Shown in pieces: positions 27,802 to 38,472 of a stretch of DNA of 64,000 bases. Under the pieces are notes generated by a model that made no database searches, was not told the origin of the DNA, and saw only the letters and a list, made by a program, of their open reading frames with translations. Each line of letters opens with the position of its first letter. The stretch's first letter is position 1. A program made the translations under genes and the position numbers. The stretch spans positions 32,001 to 96,000 of the forward strand of contig JAZDCZ010000085.1 of the NCBI GenBank assembly GCA_036679605.1. Reading direction: 5' to 3'. This DNA is from Gemmatimonadota bacterium. Lineage in GTDB: Bacteria > Gemmatimonadota > Gemmatimonadetes > Gemmatimonadales > GWC2-71-9.

Positions 27802-29097
27802 TTACCGTCTCTCGAGAACCGTGATGAATCCCATCCCGCCCTGAGCACACACCGACAACAAACCGAACTGCACGTCACGCCGTTGCATTTCATTCGCGAG
27901 GGTCAACGTCAGCCTCCCGCCTGTGGCGCCGAAAGGATGACCGATGCTGATCGACCCACCCATGACATTCAATGTCTCCCAGTTCACCTCACCTATCGGC
28001 TTGGATCGACCCAACTTTTCCCTCGCCCATTCCACCGACTCGAACGCCTGGATGTTGGACAATACTTGAGCGGCAAATGCCTCGTGCATTTCGACGAGGC
28101 CCAACTCCTCCCAGGTAATGCCGGCCCGCTCAAGCGCAACGGGGGCGGCATAGGCAGGCCCCATGAGAAGTTGCTCGCCCGGATCCAGCGCAGCGACAGC
28201 ATAGGACCTAATGAACGCGATTGGTTCGTATCCCATGGCCTGCGCCGCTTCCTCGCTCATCAAGAGTACGGCAGATCCGCCGTCAGTCAGTGGCGACGAA
28301 TTTGCTGCCGTTACCGTTCCATACCTCCGGTCGAACGCGGGTTTGAGCTTCGCTATCTTCTCCAGGGTGGTGTCGGCGCGGATCCCGTTGTCTTGCACGA
28401 CAACTTTGTTTGGTCCCATGTCCAGCATCGGAGCAATTTCCGCCGTCAGTCGTCCGTCTTCAGTCCCGGCAAGGGCCAGTCGATGACTTCGCAGCGCGAA
28501 CCTGTCCTGTTCAATTCGACTGATGCCATTCAGCTTTGCCATCTTCTCCGCGGACTGTCCCATAGTCTCGCCCGTGGAGGGCTCGGCGATGGCCGGCGAA
28601 ACCGGTACCAGGTCTCTGGGTCTAATCGACGAGACGAGTTTCAACCGATCTCCCAACGTCTTTGCACGACTTAGCTTCACCAGTATCTCGGAAAAGCGTC
28701 GCGAATGAAGGATTGGGATATTTGACAGACTTTCCGCACCACCGGCGATCACGACATTGGCATGGCCCTGGCGAATCTGATCGTGTCCCATCGCAATCGC
28801 CTGGTTGGCAGACGCACACGCTCGATTCACTGAAGCTGCGGGAATGCTCTTGGGGAACTGCGGAAGAAGGCTCACCTCTCTCGCCAGATTGGGCTCCAAC
28901 GCACTCGCTACCACCTGGCCAAAGTACATCTCATCAACCACGTTGCCGTCGAGGTTGGTTCTGTGCAGTAGCTCGACAACTGCGGCCCTGGCAAGATCGA
29001 CCGCCGAAAAATCTTTTAGCACCGTTCCAGACCTGCAAAACGGAGTTCGGCACCCACCAACCACCGCGACACGGCGTCCGTTTGTTGTCGAATTCAT
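27802..29097 (-). CDS. fadI: 3-ketoacyl-CoA thiolase
   Basis: RTPF, NRACAS, HEAFAAQ, GHPFGATG and CAQGGMG. Confidence 0.93.
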   Translation of the reverse strand: MNSTTNGRRVAVVGGCRTPFCRSGTVLKDFSAVDLARAAVVELLHRTNLDGNVVDEMYFGQVVASALEPNLAREVSLLPQFPKSIPAASVNRACASANQAIAMGHDQIRQGHANVVIAGGAESLSNIPILHSRRFSEILVKLSRAKTLGDRLKLVSSIRPRDLVPVSPAIAEPSTGETMGQSAEKMAKLNGISRIEQDRFALRSHRLALAGTEDGRLTAEIAPMLDMGPNKVVVQDNGIRADTTLEKIAKLKPAFDRRYGTVTAANSSPLTDGGSAVLLMSEEAAQAMGYEPIAFIRSYAVAALDPGEQLLMGPAYAAPVALERAGITWEELGLVEMHEAFAAQVLSNIQAFESVEWAREKLGRSKPIGEVNWETLNVMGGSISIGHPFGATGGRLTLTLANEMQRRDVQFGLLSVCAQGGMGFITVLERR

Positions 29098-29139
29098 GCT
29101 GTAAGAGCTAGTTGAACCTGCGGACCGCCAATTACAAAA

Positions 29140-29697
29140 CTATTTCTTCCGTTCCGCCAACACACTTGCAATGATTTTCTGATCCTCATTAACTTCCTCT
29201 GTTACTTCTCGAGCCAATATTACTTCAAGTGGCTTCACCAGTTCTAGCAGCTCGCAATCGGTTAGGAGATAATCTTCACAGTTCGGTCCCCAGTCGAGGT
29301 CGCGTTGTCCGTTGCGAAATGTCTCGGCCAAGAAGATGCCACCTGGCTTCACCGCATCCAGGAACTCGCCCATGCGCCGGCGGTCGAGGTAGTAGAACAC
29401 CATGACGATATCGAACCGTTCCTGGGGCAGCGGATCTCGCTCGAGATCCAAGTGAACCCATTCGACCGCAACACCAAGAGCCTGCGCTTTTTCCTTGGCA
29501 ACCTCGAGCCGGGCCGTACTGGAATCTACAGCCACAACATGGGCACCGAGCCGCGCTGCCGCGATGGCGTGACGACCCTCACCACAGCCGACATCAAGAA
29601 CGGTCGAACCCGGTCGAATGATCCCGGCATGCCACGTGAACCACGTGCTCGTCACCTCAATCGCTTCGGACTCCGACACCCCTAGTGATTCCTCCAT
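29140..29697 (-). CDS. Class I SAM-dependent methyltransferase (TehB-like)
   Basis: VLDVGCGEGRHA motif I. Start uncertain. Confidence 0.85.
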   Translation of the reverse strand: MEESLGVSESEAIEVTSTWFTWHAGIIRPGSTVLDVGCGEGRHAIAAARLGAHVVAVDSSTARLEVAKEKAQALGVAVEWVHLDLERDPLPQERFDIVMVFYYLDRRRMGEFLDAVKPGGIFLAETFRNGQRDLDWGPNCEDYLLTDCELLELVKPLEVILAREVTEEVNEDQKIIASVLAERKK

Positions 29698-31355
29698 TCT
29701 CGCATGAAACGCGAGCCAAGAATCTGGCAGTCATGGCCACTGAGCCGCTGGACCTGCTCGTTATTGGCGCGGGCGCGACCGGAGCGGGAATTGCCCGAGA
29801 CGCGGCAATGCGTGGGATCCGAACAGCCATAATTGACATGGGTGACTTCGCATCGGGCACCAGCTCCAAGTCGTCCCGTCTGATACACGGCGGATTGCGC
29901 TATCTGGAGCACGGCCATTTCAGACTCGTCTTCGAAGCAAGTCGCGAAAGACGGATCTTACTCAAGATTGCGCCTCATCTGGTTCATCCTCGCTCATTCC
30001 TATTCCCCATCCATAGTGGGGCACGGGTATCTCGTTGGCGGCTTTCGGCCGGTCTTTGGCTATACGACATCTTAGCGATGTTTCACAATGTGCGGCGACA
30101 TCGGACACTCAGCAAGCGTGCACTCAAGCGGGCCGAGCCTAGAATCAAGGATCGGGGCCTGAAAGGTGGCGCTCGATATTACGACGCACAGTGCGACGAT
30201 GCCCGATTAACGCTGGCAACGGTTCGAAGTGCTCACAGTCACGGTGCGCTGGTGGCTAACTATGCAAGAGTAGACCAGCTCGACGTTGCCGACGGTCAAG
30301 TGCGCGGTGCCCGGATCACAGATCTCACTACCGGAACCCAGCAGGTTGTCCATGCTCACGTCGTGGTGAACGCGACAGGTCCCTGGTCAGATAGAATCAA
30401 GGATCAGTGGGACGAGGATCCCGCCCTACGACCTACCAAAGGCGCACACCTCGCGGTTCCCAGGCATCGCATCGGCAACAAGGAGGCAATAGTGATCACG
30501 TCGCCCATAGACGGGCGCATAATGTTCATCATTCCGTGGGGCGACCTCTCCTATATCGGTACGACCGACTCCTATTGCTCGGCGATCCCTGACGCCGTAT
30601 ACGCCACCGGGGAGGACGTAGTCTACCTGCTGCGCTCTGCCAACGCCTTGTTTCCCGATGCGCGGTTGACCCCGGCGGATGTGGTCGCGACCTGGGCAGG
30701 TCTCCGCCCCTTACTAGCGCCGGACAATCCTCAGGACCCTCGGTCGGTTTCGCGTGAGCATCGAATTTTGGAGAGTTCGAACGGACTCGTGTCCATCGTA
30801 GGTGGGAAGCTGACCACTTACAGGGTCATGGCCGCAGAGACCGTCGATCGAGTGGCGAATAGACTGCGCGAGATCGATGGTCGGCCGACGCCTCGAAGCG
30901 CTGCTACCGACCGAGAGCCGTTGCCTGGTGGCGAAATACGGGATCTCGATGTGTTGATAGAGGAAGCCACGCGCGAAGGGTTTTCTCAAGCCACGGCAGA
31001 ACACCTCGTACGAACCTATGGAAGCGAGACTCCGGCCGTGGTTCGGCTCGCACAATCTACGCCAGAGATGTCCAACCCAATTGCAGATAACCATCCTGCG
31101 ATTGCGGCTGAGCTGGTACATGCCATTCGTCGCGAAATGGCGGTCACTCTGTGTGATCTTCTCATTCGTCGCATCCATCTCTTCTACGAAACGTCCGATC
31201 AGGCTTGGGATCAGGCGCCGTTTGTTGCCGATGTCGCGGCTAAGGAACTGGGATGGGACGAGCAGCGCAAAGAAGCCGAACTAGCCGCTTATCAGAGCGA
31301 GATCGAGCGTGGTATGGCCTTCCGCAGTGAATTGGCAGGTATGCATCCGATCTGA
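29685..31355 (+). CDS. glpD: FAD-dependent glycerol-3-phosphate dehydrogenase
   Basis: IGAGATGAG, GTSSKSSRLIHGGLRYL and GGKLTTYR. Confidence 0.93.
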   Translation: MIPPFSHETRAKNLAVMATEPLDLLVIGAGATGAGIARDAAMRGIRTAIIDMGDFASGTSSKSSRLIHGGLRYLEHGHFRLVFEASRERRILLKIAPHLVHPRSFLFPIHSGARVSRWRLSAGLWLYDILAMFHNVRRHRTLSKRALKRAEPRIKDRGLKGGARYYDAQCDDARLTLATVRSAHSHGALVANYARVDQLDVADGQVRGARITDLTTGTQQVVHAHVVVNATGPWSDRIKDQWDEDPALRPTKGAHLAVPRHRIGNKEAIVITSPIDGRIMFIIPWGDLSYIGTTDSYCSAIPDAVYATGEDVVYLLRSANALFPDARLTPADVVATWAGLRPLLAPDNPQDPRSVSREHRILESSNGLVSIVGGKLTTYRVMAAETVDRVANRLREIDGRPTPRSAATDREPLPGGEIRDLDVLIEEATREGFSQATAEHLVRTYGSETPAVVRLAQSTPEMSNPIADNHPAIAAELVHAIRREMAVTLCDLLIRRIHLFYETSDQAWDQAPFVADVAAKELGWDEQRKEAELAAYQSEIERGMAFRSELAGMHPI

Positions 31356-31385
31356 CGGGCAGAGCGATTGACCCTCCTCCAAACG

Positions 31386-32150
31386 TCAGCGTCCTCGTTC
31401 CCCGTTCGCCTGACGGTGCCGGCACTCCATTACTAGTTCTACTACGCGTGCAGGATCGTCAGTAACGCTGAAGAGTTCGAGATCGGACGCAGCAATCTTT
31501 TTTTCACCGCACACCACCTGCGTGAGCCAATCGACGAGTCCACTCCAATACTCGGTACCCATCAAGATGATTGGTAGGTTGCCGATCTTGCCTGTTTGCT
31601 TCAGCGTCAAGACCTCGAATAGTTCATCAAGGGTCCCGAATCCTCCGGTCGGAAAAATGAAAGCTGACGAATATTTCACCAGCATCGTCTTGCGAACAAA
31701 GAAGTATCTGAAATGGACCATGCGATCTACGTACTCGTTAGGTCCCTGCTCATGTGGCAACTCTATGTTGAGACCGATGGATAGCGCACCTGCCTCCCTA
31801 GCACCGTGGTTTGCCGCCTGCATGATGCCGCCGCCTGCACCGGTGATAATCGCGAAGTCACGCTCGCCGAGGAGCCGGGCTGTCTCTCGCGTGACCTCGT
31901 ACATCGGGTCATCGATCGGTGATCGGGCCGAGCCAAAGAACGTGACAGCCGACCGAACGTCCGCAAGCCCATCGAAGCCTTCGACGAATTCACCAAGAAT
32001 GCGCAATGTCCGCCAAGGATCTGTATGAACAAATTCGCGGCGCTCATCTGCACGTGGAGCCTGCAATAGTTGCTGATCCGCGGTTAGATGGGGCTGTTTC
32101 GTATCAGGCGTCTTGTTATCCGCGCCGGAGGGCGTCGATTGCTGCTGCAT
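31386..32150 (-). CDS. LOG family (TIGR00730) Rossmann-fold protein
   Basis: FFGSAR, YFFVRKTML and GGFGTLDELFE. Start revised. Confidence 0.9.
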   Translation of the reverse strand: MQQQSTPSGADNKTPDTKQPHLTADQQLLQAPRADERREFVHTDPWRTLRILGEFVEGFDGLADVRSAVTFFGSARSPIDDPMYEVTRETARLLGERDFAIITGAGGGIMQAANHGAREAGALSIGLNIELPHEQGPNEYVDRMVHFRYFFVRKTMLVKYSSAFIFPTGGFGTLDELFEVLTLKQTGKIGNLPIILMGTEYWSGLVDWLTQVVCGEKKIAASDLELFSVTDDPARVVELVMECRHRQANGERGR

Positions 32151-33279
32151 TGTCGTCCTTGAGGTTGTAGAAATAGGGGGAGAGACGAACATGACCGGGG
32201 CGCGCATCGGCTATGATGTCGGCCGCCGCAAGATCCCTAACCTGCTCATTGGGTTTCTCCGATGGGATCATCACAATGGCACTACGTTTGGCAGATTGAG
32301 CAACTGTCTTGGGGTTTAAGCCCGACGCATGTGCCCGGTCAATAAGATCATCCGTCAGTTCGCGGACCACTCCTCGAATCTTGGGCACACCGATCTCCCG
32401 GATGATTTCCAAACCTCCGAGCTGTGCGTAAGCAGACGTTAGAGACGGAGTGCCCTGCTCGAACCTTCGTGCATCGTCATGCCAAGACATCGAGTGGAGG
32501 TCAAAGTCAAACTGATTCCTGTGCGCGAACCAACCGGTCACCTTGGGTGTGAGCCGTCCGACTAGATCTTCGCGGACATAAAGGAAGACCATGCCTGGCC
32601 CTCCCAACAGCCACTTCAGACCACCGGCCGCAAGGAAGTCCACACCCGTGGCATGCACATCCACAGGAAGTTGTCCAACGCTTTGGTAGGCATCTATGAA
32701 ACAGAACGCGCCCTTAGCATGCGCTACTTCAGCGACAGCAGCGATATCCTGGACAGCGCCGGAGGTAAAGAAAACGTGGGACGTAGCTACGAGAGCCGTG
32801 CGATCGTCAACTTCTGCGGCTATGGCCTCCGGAGGTACAGTGAGTCCATCAGGACTCTGAACCACAACGAGTTCAACACCATCCGCCTGTCTGGCCAACC
32901 ACTGATATGCTACGGTCGGAAAATCCAACGAAGTAGTAACGACCTTGGGACGAGACTTGGAGTCCAGACAACTGGCCAAGACTGCGGTCGCGGTCGAGAC
33001 GGACGAATGCAACGCCACTTCGCTGGCCTTTGCAGCGATCACCTCCGCGTAGGCGGACCGTAGCTCGGCCAGCGCTTCCCACCACACGTCGTACCACGCC
33101 GAAGCACCACGGGCCTGCCAAATGTCCAGAACTTCTTCCACCCGTTTACGAACGCGGGTTGAAATCGCACCCAGCGAACACGAATTCAGGTAGATTTTCT
33201 CTTTGAAGATCGGAAACTCGGCTCGATAGTGAGCCAACGCATGCCCTTGCGGGGTGGTCGCGACAGCCATGAACGCCAA
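32116..33279 (-). CDS. Class V PLP aminotransferase (kynureninase-like)
   Basis: YLNSCSLG, DAYQSVG, GGLKWLLGGPG and RFEQGTP. Confidence 0.85.
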   Translation of the reverse strand: MAFMAVATTPQGHALAHYRAEFPIFKEKIYLNSCSLGAISTRVRKRVEEVLDIWQARGASAWYDVWWEALAELRSAYAEVIAAKASEVALHSSVSTATAVLASCLDSKSRPKVVTTSLDFPTVAYQWLARQADGVELVVVQSPDGLTVPPEAIAAEVDDRTALVATSHVFFTSGAVQDIAAVAEVAHAKGAFCFIDAYQSVGQLPVDVHATGVDFLAAGGLKWLLGGPGMVFLYVREDLVGRLTPKVTGWFAHRNQFDFDLHSMSWHDDARRFEQGTPSLTSAYAQLGGLEIIREIGVPKIRGVVRELTDDLIDRAHASGLNPKTVAQSAKRSAIVMIPSEKPNEQVRDLAAADIIADARPGHVRLSPYFYNLKDDNAAAIDALRRG

Positions 33280-33335
33280 TATACGTGTATAGGGCCAGTG
33301 GGGTCAGAGAGGATCTGCAAGTTGGAAGGGAACCG

Positions 33336-33629
33336 GTGAATCGACAAATCACGAGCAGCGAGAACCCGAATCGTGGTAGTTGGATCGGACTTACCTCGAG
33401 ACTCGCCGTGCGTGCGCTCATCAACCCCCGGCTTGCATTGGATCTTCTGGCCATGGTCTGGGCATTTCGGGCCCGCGATTGGTATCGAAAGCCACCGTTC
33501 CTTCCGCTGCCACCGAGAGATTACACCAGGTGGCGGCTGCACACAGCCTACGGCGATCCGGAGTGGGTGCCCTCCGTGGAAGATGTCCGACGCTTCGCAC
33601 GCTGGCGACGGGAGCTGCTGCATTTGTGA
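33336..33629 (+). CDS. Hypothetical protein
   Basis: GTG 33336 with RBS; WYRKPPFLPLP..WRLHTAYG; GTGA-coupled to queG. Confidence 0.7.
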   Translation: MNRQITSSENPNRGSWIGLTSRLAVRALINPRLALDLLAMVWAFRARDWYRKPPFLPLPPRDYTRWRLHTAYGDPEWVPSVEDVRRFARWRRELLHL

Positions 33630-34591
33630 CGCCTGAGCGTCGTACGGCCCTGGTCAAGAAAAAGGCGACCGACTTGGGGTTTGAAGCGGTGGGCGTGGCA
33701 AACCTAGAACCAGTCCCGCACCGTGAGGAATTCGAACGGTGGCTTGCCCGCGGAATGGCCGGAACGATGGGTTACATGCATCGTCAAGCCGGTCGGCGCC
33801 TAGAGCCCAGCAAGATCGTCCCAGGTACACTCTACGGCGTAGTCGTGACCAAGAACTACTTCACGCCCGACCCACCCCCGCCACGAGATGAACGTTCGGG
33901 TCGCGTGGCCAAGTATGCTCGAGGTCGTGACTACCATGCCGCCCTTGCAGAACCCCTGGCAGCGTTAGCGACCGCGATCAAAGACCTGGGGGACGGGGAT
34001 ACGATTGCGCGACACTACGTCGACGCCGGACCAGTGCCCGAACGTGAATTGGCTCAGCGCGCCGGGCTAGGTTGGATCGGTAAGAACACGATGCTAATCG
34101 ATCCCGCGAGCGGCTCCTTTTGTTTCCTCGCTACTGTCCTAACGGATCTTGAGCTGATACCGGACCAGCCGTTCGAGGCAGACAGGTGCGGAAGCTGCCG
34201 CCGTTGCATCGACGCATGCCCGACCGACGCCCTCCCGGAAGAGCGGACACTGGATAGCCGTTTGTGCATTTCGTATCTGACGATCGAGCACCGGGGTGAC
34301 ATCCCTGAAGAAATCCACGATCGCATGGGATCGTGGATTTTCGGATGTGATATCTGCCAAGACGTTTGCCCCTGGAATCAAAAATTTGCCGTTCCGACTG
34401 ACGATCCGGCCCTCAGGATCGACGTTTCTAGAGCGTACGAGGATTTGAATACGCTGCGGCACACCAGCGACGACGAATTTGAGCGTCGCTTTGGGTGGAC
34501 CGCGTTAGAACGGCCGGGCTCCGCGGGGATTCGACGCAACGCTGAGATCGCATTTGAGAATGCAGCTAAAGCCCGGTCGGATGATCGATAA
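33626..34591 (+). CDS. queG: tRNA epoxyqueuosine(34) reductase
   Basis: YARGRDYH, YVDAGP, GLGWIGKN, CGSCRRCIDACPT and GCDICQDVCPWN. Start revised. Confidence 0.95.
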   Translation: MTPERRTALVKKKATDLGFEAVGVANLEPVPHREEFERWLARGMAGTMGYMHRQAGRRLEPSKIVPGTLYGVVVTKNYFTPDPPPPRDERSGRVAKYARGRDYHAALAEPLAALATAIKDLGDGDTIARHYVDAGPVPERELAQRAGLGWIGKNTMLIDPASGSFCFLATVLTDLELIPDQPFEADRCGSCRRCIDACPTDALPEERTLDSRLCISYLTIEHRGDIPEEIHDRMGSWIFGCDICQDVCPWNQKFAVPTDDPALRIDVSRAYEDLNTLRHTSDDEFERRFGWTALERPGSAGIRRNAEIAFENAAKARSDDR

Positions 34592-35324
34592 ATTCCCACG
34601 GAAGGTTAAACCTTTCGCTTAGATGCTCCGAAAGTGCCTTTATGCCGACGGTCTCAGTCGCGTAGTGTCCTGCATAAATCACGTTCACATTCCACTCCTC
34701 GGCATCGAAGTAGGTGTGGTGAGCACCTTCACCGGTCACCAACGTATCGACTCCGGCGGCTATGGCATCCCGGATCATGCTGCCTCCTGCTCCCGTGATG
34801 ATCCCTATGCGGGTGACCTGCTGGGGTCCGCACGGAATCAACGTCGGTTTGGCATCTAGCAGGCCTTGAAGCCGGTCCGCTAGTTCACCGCGATCAACAT
34901 TCAGGTATCCGGCCACGCCGAGAGAAACCCCGCGATAGTCACCAAATAGGCAGCAATTCGTTAGGCCCAGCATTCGGCCCAGCACAGCGTTATTGCCGAC
35001 TTCTGGATGGACGTCCAGGGGAATGTGAGCAGCGTAGAGTGAAGTTCCGCTTTCGATGAGGGCGCGTACGCGTCGTCCATGCCTTCCGGTTAAGGGCTCC
35101 ACATCACGCCAGAAGATCCCGTGATGGACTAAGAGAAGGTCCGCTCCCCTCTGGGCCGACGCGTCTATAGTGGCTTGGCAGCCGTCGACGGCAGCCGTGA
35201 TCCGGGCAACCGATCTAGAACTTTCGACCTGAAGACCGTTCAGGGCGTGGGGTTCGTCTGGTACTTCCGAAATCCGGAGATACTCATCCAGGTAGGCGAC
35301 CAAATTGTGCAAGTCCATGCTCAT
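34566..35324 (-). CDS. Nif3-like dinuclear metal center protein
   Basis: NGLQVE, VHHG, HIPLDVHPEVGNN and GHYATE. Confidence 0.93.
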   Translation of the reverse strand: MSMDLHNLVAYLDEYLRISEVPDEPHALNGLQVESSRSVARITAAVDGCQATIDASAQRGADLLLVHHGIFWRDVEPLTGRHGRRVRALIESGTSLYAAHIPLDVHPEVGNNAVLGRMLGLTNCCLFGDYRGVSLGVAGYLNVDRGELADRLQGLLDAKPTLIPCGPQQVTRIGIITGAGGSMIRDAIAAGVDTLVTGEGAHHTYFDAEEWNVNVIYAGHYATETVGIKALSEHLSERFNLPWEFIDHPTGL

Positions 35325-35388
35325 GAGGCATCAAACTGAGAGCGAAATATTATCACTGTCAAGACACTATCCGTACAGTGATGCGACT

Positions 35389-35829
35389 CTATCTCGATAC
35401 TGGCGCGTTGAGCTGCCGCTCAGTTGCTTCGCGTTTCCGGGCTTGCTGCGGGTCTCCCATATGAATATTGCCGTTCACCTCACCACCCTCGTGAACCAAT
35501 ATTCGCCTGGTGGTTATGTCTCCATTCACTTCAGCGGTAGACTGGACTTCGACTCTTTCTTGCGCGTGGATACTACCGGTCACCTTACCACCGACGATCG
35601 CCTCTCTCGTCTGGATGTCTCCCTTTACCGCACCTTCCTTGGAAACCAGCACCTGGTGGGCGGCCTTGATGTCGCCCTCCACAACCCCGTCAATCTTGAC
35701 GACACCCTCGGTTCTCAGCTCGCCGATCACGGTCAGATCACTGCCGATAATCGAAAGAGCCTTGTCTCGCCCGGATCTCGTCTGCGTATCACTCACTCCC
35801 TGAGTCTCCCCCGAGGAGAAAATCGCCAT
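35389..35829 (-). CDS. Bactofilin (polymer-forming cytoskeletal protein)
   Basis: SIIGSDLTVIGEL..IDGVVEGDI..G.VKGDI beta-helix repeats. Confidence 0.92.
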   Translation of the reverse strand: MAIFSSGETQGVSDTQTRSGRDKALSIIGSDLTVIGELRTEGVVKIDGVVEGDIKAAHQVLVSKEGAVKGDIQTREAIVGGKVTGSIHAQERVEVQSTAEVNGDITTRRILVHEGGEVNGNIHMGDPQQARKREATERQLNAPVSR

Positions 35830-36625
35830 CGTCGCACTCCTGGCTTACGTTTGAACTCGGATCGATTGAGAGCCCGTTACGACGTACCTCGAAATGAAGG
35901 TGCGGAGCGGTCGAGTGTCCGGTGGAGCCCGACAGTCCGATCACCTGACCAGTCGCAACTGTGTCGCCAACAGTTACTAACAACCGCGAAGCGTGCCCAT
36001 ACATGCTACTGTATCCGTCTGGATGACTCAATTCAACGAACAGCCCATACTCGCGATCACTTCCCGCTCTGACCACTGAACCTCCGCCCGCAGCACGAAT
36101 CGGTGTCCCGTTGGCCACTGCGATATCCACACCGGGGTGTACTTCGTCAGAACTTCCTGCTCCAACCTGACCACGGGTGATCACTCCAGTATGATCGAGA
36201 GGCCAATGGACTGGAAGTGACGGTCCTTTCTCGTGGCACATCGCATCGGACGGAGCTTGGGCAACGAGTGGCAGGGCCGTGGGAAGCGAACCATCTCCGC
36301 TTGAAAGCTCGGGAACGATGTCGCCTCCCAACATTGTGCGGATTTGCCGGTAGCGGGCCTCGACATGATCGAGGCTCGCTGCCAGTTGTCTAACCTGGCG
36401 ATTCTCGGTGGATAGTCTTGCCACCTCTCTATTGAGGCCCGGCACTCGCGAAGCTGTCTTGGCAACTGGCGCATAGAGAACGGCTGCCAAGACAATGAGC
36501 ACTGCCAGAATCGAAGCCGTCGTACCCGCAGTGCGTGCTAGCCACAGAGGCAATGTGATGGAGCGAGAGTTTAGGTCTCCCTCTTTGTGGACGATCAGCG
36601 TGATACGTCGCCGTGGTTTGGTCAT
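35789..36625 (-). CDS. M23 family peptidase with TM anchor and coiled coil
   Basis: HPGVDIA, YGH and STAPHLHFEV. Confidence 0.92.
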   Translation of the reverse strand: MTKPRRRITLIVHKEGDLNSRSITLPLWLARTAGTTASILAVLIVLAAVLYAPVAKTASRVPGLNREVARLSTENRQVRQLAASLDHVEARYRQIRTMLGGDIVPELSSGDGSLPTALPLVAQAPSDAMCHEKGPSLPVHWPLDHTGVITRGQVGAGSSDEVHPGVDIAVANGTPIRAAGGGSVVRAGSDREYGLFVELSHPDGYSSMYGHASRLLVTVGDTVATGQVIGLSGSTGHSTAPHLHFEVRRNGLSIDPSSNVSQECDDGDFLLGGDSGSE

Positions 36626-37512
36626 CCGTCAAATCGCTTGCCCAAGATCAACTCGAGGAGGCGATCCAAGTCGTCATGCGAATAAAAACTCATTGCTATG
36701 CGACCGCCTTTTTGCCCTCTAGCGCTTACCACTACATCGGTCTTTAGATGTTCGCGCAAGGCGTCCTCAATTCTTTTTATTTCGGGCAACACCTGCCGTA
36801 AATTCCTGGGTGTCCTAGGACGTCGCTTTGGTGCACGGTCCCCGCGGGCCCGTGCCTCCGTATCACGAACCGACAATCCCTCCTCAACGACCACCCGCGC
36901 CAGTTGCTCCATTGCAGCAGCACTGTCAAGTTGCAACAAAGCCCGGGCATGTCCCGGGTTCAGCTTACCGAGGTGCACAAAGTCTTGGATCACTCTGGGG
37001 AGCTTCAGAAGGCGGAGTGCGTTTGCGACCGTCGATCGGTCACGCCCCACCAACTCGGCAACGTTCTTTTGTGAGGCATCAAACTCCTTGACCAATCGCT
37101 GATAGCCGTGCGCCTCGTCGATCGGCGAAAGAGCATCACGTTGCAAGTTTTCGACGAGAGCGAGCGTCAACAGTGTACGATCGTCTACATCGCGAACTAC
37201 AGCACCAATCTCACTCCAGCCTAGCTGGCGCGCAGCCCGCCAGCGACGTTCCCCGGCGATCAACTCGTAGGTTCCATTCTCCCCACGGCGCAGCACAACC
37301 GGTTGCAGCAACCCGGAAACCTTCAGAGAGTTGGCCAGCTCAGCAATCGCCTCCTTGTTGAAGGATTGGCGCGGTTGATAGGGATTGGGTCGGATGGCAC
37401 CCAGAGCCACGTGCTGCAACATGCCGGCGCGGCGCGCCTCCCTCGTCGTGGCAGGACCAAGGAGTGCTTCCAGTCCTCGACCGAGTCGTTTTCCTTTGCG
37501 GTCCGTTGTCAT
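36622..37512 (-). CDS. parB: Chromosome partitioning protein ParB/Spo0J
   Basis: [29 protein letters not shown] and an HTH. Confidence 0.96.
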   Translation of the reverse strand: MTTDRKGKRLGRGLEALLGPATTREARRAGMLQHVALGAIRPNPYQPRQSFNKEAIAELANSLKVSGLLQPVVLRRGENGTYELIAGERRWRAARQLGWSEIGAVVRDVDDRTLLTLALVENLQRDALSPIDEAHGYQRLVKEFDASQKNVAELVGRDRSTVANALRLLKLPRVIQDFVHLGKLNPGHARALLQLDSAAAMEQLARVVVEEGLSVRDTEARARGDRAPKRRPRTPRNLRQVLPEIKRIEDALREHLKTDVVVSARGQKGGRIAMSFYSHDDLDRLLELILGKRFDG

Positions 37513-38321
37513 GCCGGGCGTTTCACTGTGCGCCTTGGTCGGGCGATGTTTCCGGCCTCGACTCGCCGAATCACCTCTTGAGCGAGCGCCAAGTAGGCCT
37601 TGGCCCCGCTAGATCGAACGTCATACGTCAGGATCGGCTTACCAAAGCTCGGTGCCTCCGCTAACCTCACATTGCGGGAAATCACAGTCTGATACACCTT
37701 GGCGCCAAAGTACTCTCTTGCTTCGATACCAACCTGCTTAGAGAGGTTGAGTCGTGCATCGAACATCGTCAGCAATACACCTTCTATAGCTAGCGACGGG
37801 TTGAAGTTTTGTTGGACGAGGTTGATCGTGTTCAGCAGTTGCGACAGGCCTTCAAGTGCATAGTACTCGCATTGAATCGGAATCAACACCGAGTCGGCGG
37901 CAGTGAGCATATTCAGCGTCAACATTCCCAACGATGGCGGACAGTCGATTATTACAAAATCGTATTGCTCGCGCACAGACTTCAGCGCGTTGCCCAATAC
38001 TGATTCTCGCTTCTTCCGATTCACCAGTTCAACTTCTGCGCCTACGAGATCCGGAGTGGCAGGTGCTACATCGAGCAGGGGGAAACCGACCGACCGTTGG
38101 ACGACGTTCGCGAACGGCATCTCGTTCACCATAACGTCGTACAGAGAGGTCCCTAAATCACTTCTATCGAGACCAATTCCACTGGTCGCATTGGCTTGCG
38201 GGTCACCATCCACCAGGAGAGTACGGCGTTCTGCGACGGCAAGAGATGCAGATAGGTTGACTGCGGTGGTGGTCTTGCCTACACCGCCTTTCTGATTGGC
38301 GATCGCAAGGACGCTACCCAT
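37509..38321 (-). CDS. parA: Chromosome partitioning ATPase ParA/Soj
   Basis: [24 protein letters not shown] and QCEYYALEG. Confidence 0.96.
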   Translation of the reverse strand: MGSVLAIANQKGGVGKTTTAVNLSASLAVAERRTLLVDGDPQANATSGIGLDRSDLGTSLYDVMVNEMPFANVVQRSVGFPLLDVAPATPDLVGAEVELVNRKKRESVLGNALKSVREQYDFVIIDCPPSLGMLTLNMLTAADSVLIPIQCEYYALEGLSQLLNTINLVQQNFNPSLAIEGVLLTMFDARLNLSKQVGIEAREYFGAKVYQTVISRNVRLAEAPSFGKPILTYDVRSSGAKAYLALAQEVIRRVEAGNIARPRRTVKRPA

Positions 38322-38340
38322 ATACCCGTAAACCTTTATA

Positions 38341-38353
38341 TATCAACAACTTA
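38341..38353 (+). promoter_or_regulatory. IHF consensus site
   Basis: TATCAACAACTTA matches WATCAANNNNTTR exactly and has an AT-rich flank. Confidence 0.55.
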
Positions 38354-38456
38354 CAGCCATTACCTTTCGACAACCATTCCAGTAGCGGTCCGGATGCGGA
38401 ATATATCAGCGACGGGCGTAGTGGTAAAGGAAAGGCCTGATCCCCGTGCAGAAGGA

Positions 38457-38472
38457 TGTTTCACGTGAAACA
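38457..38472. other. parS: parS centromere site
   Basis: Perfect TGTTTCACGTGAAACA palindrome between mnmG and parA. Confidence 0.95.
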
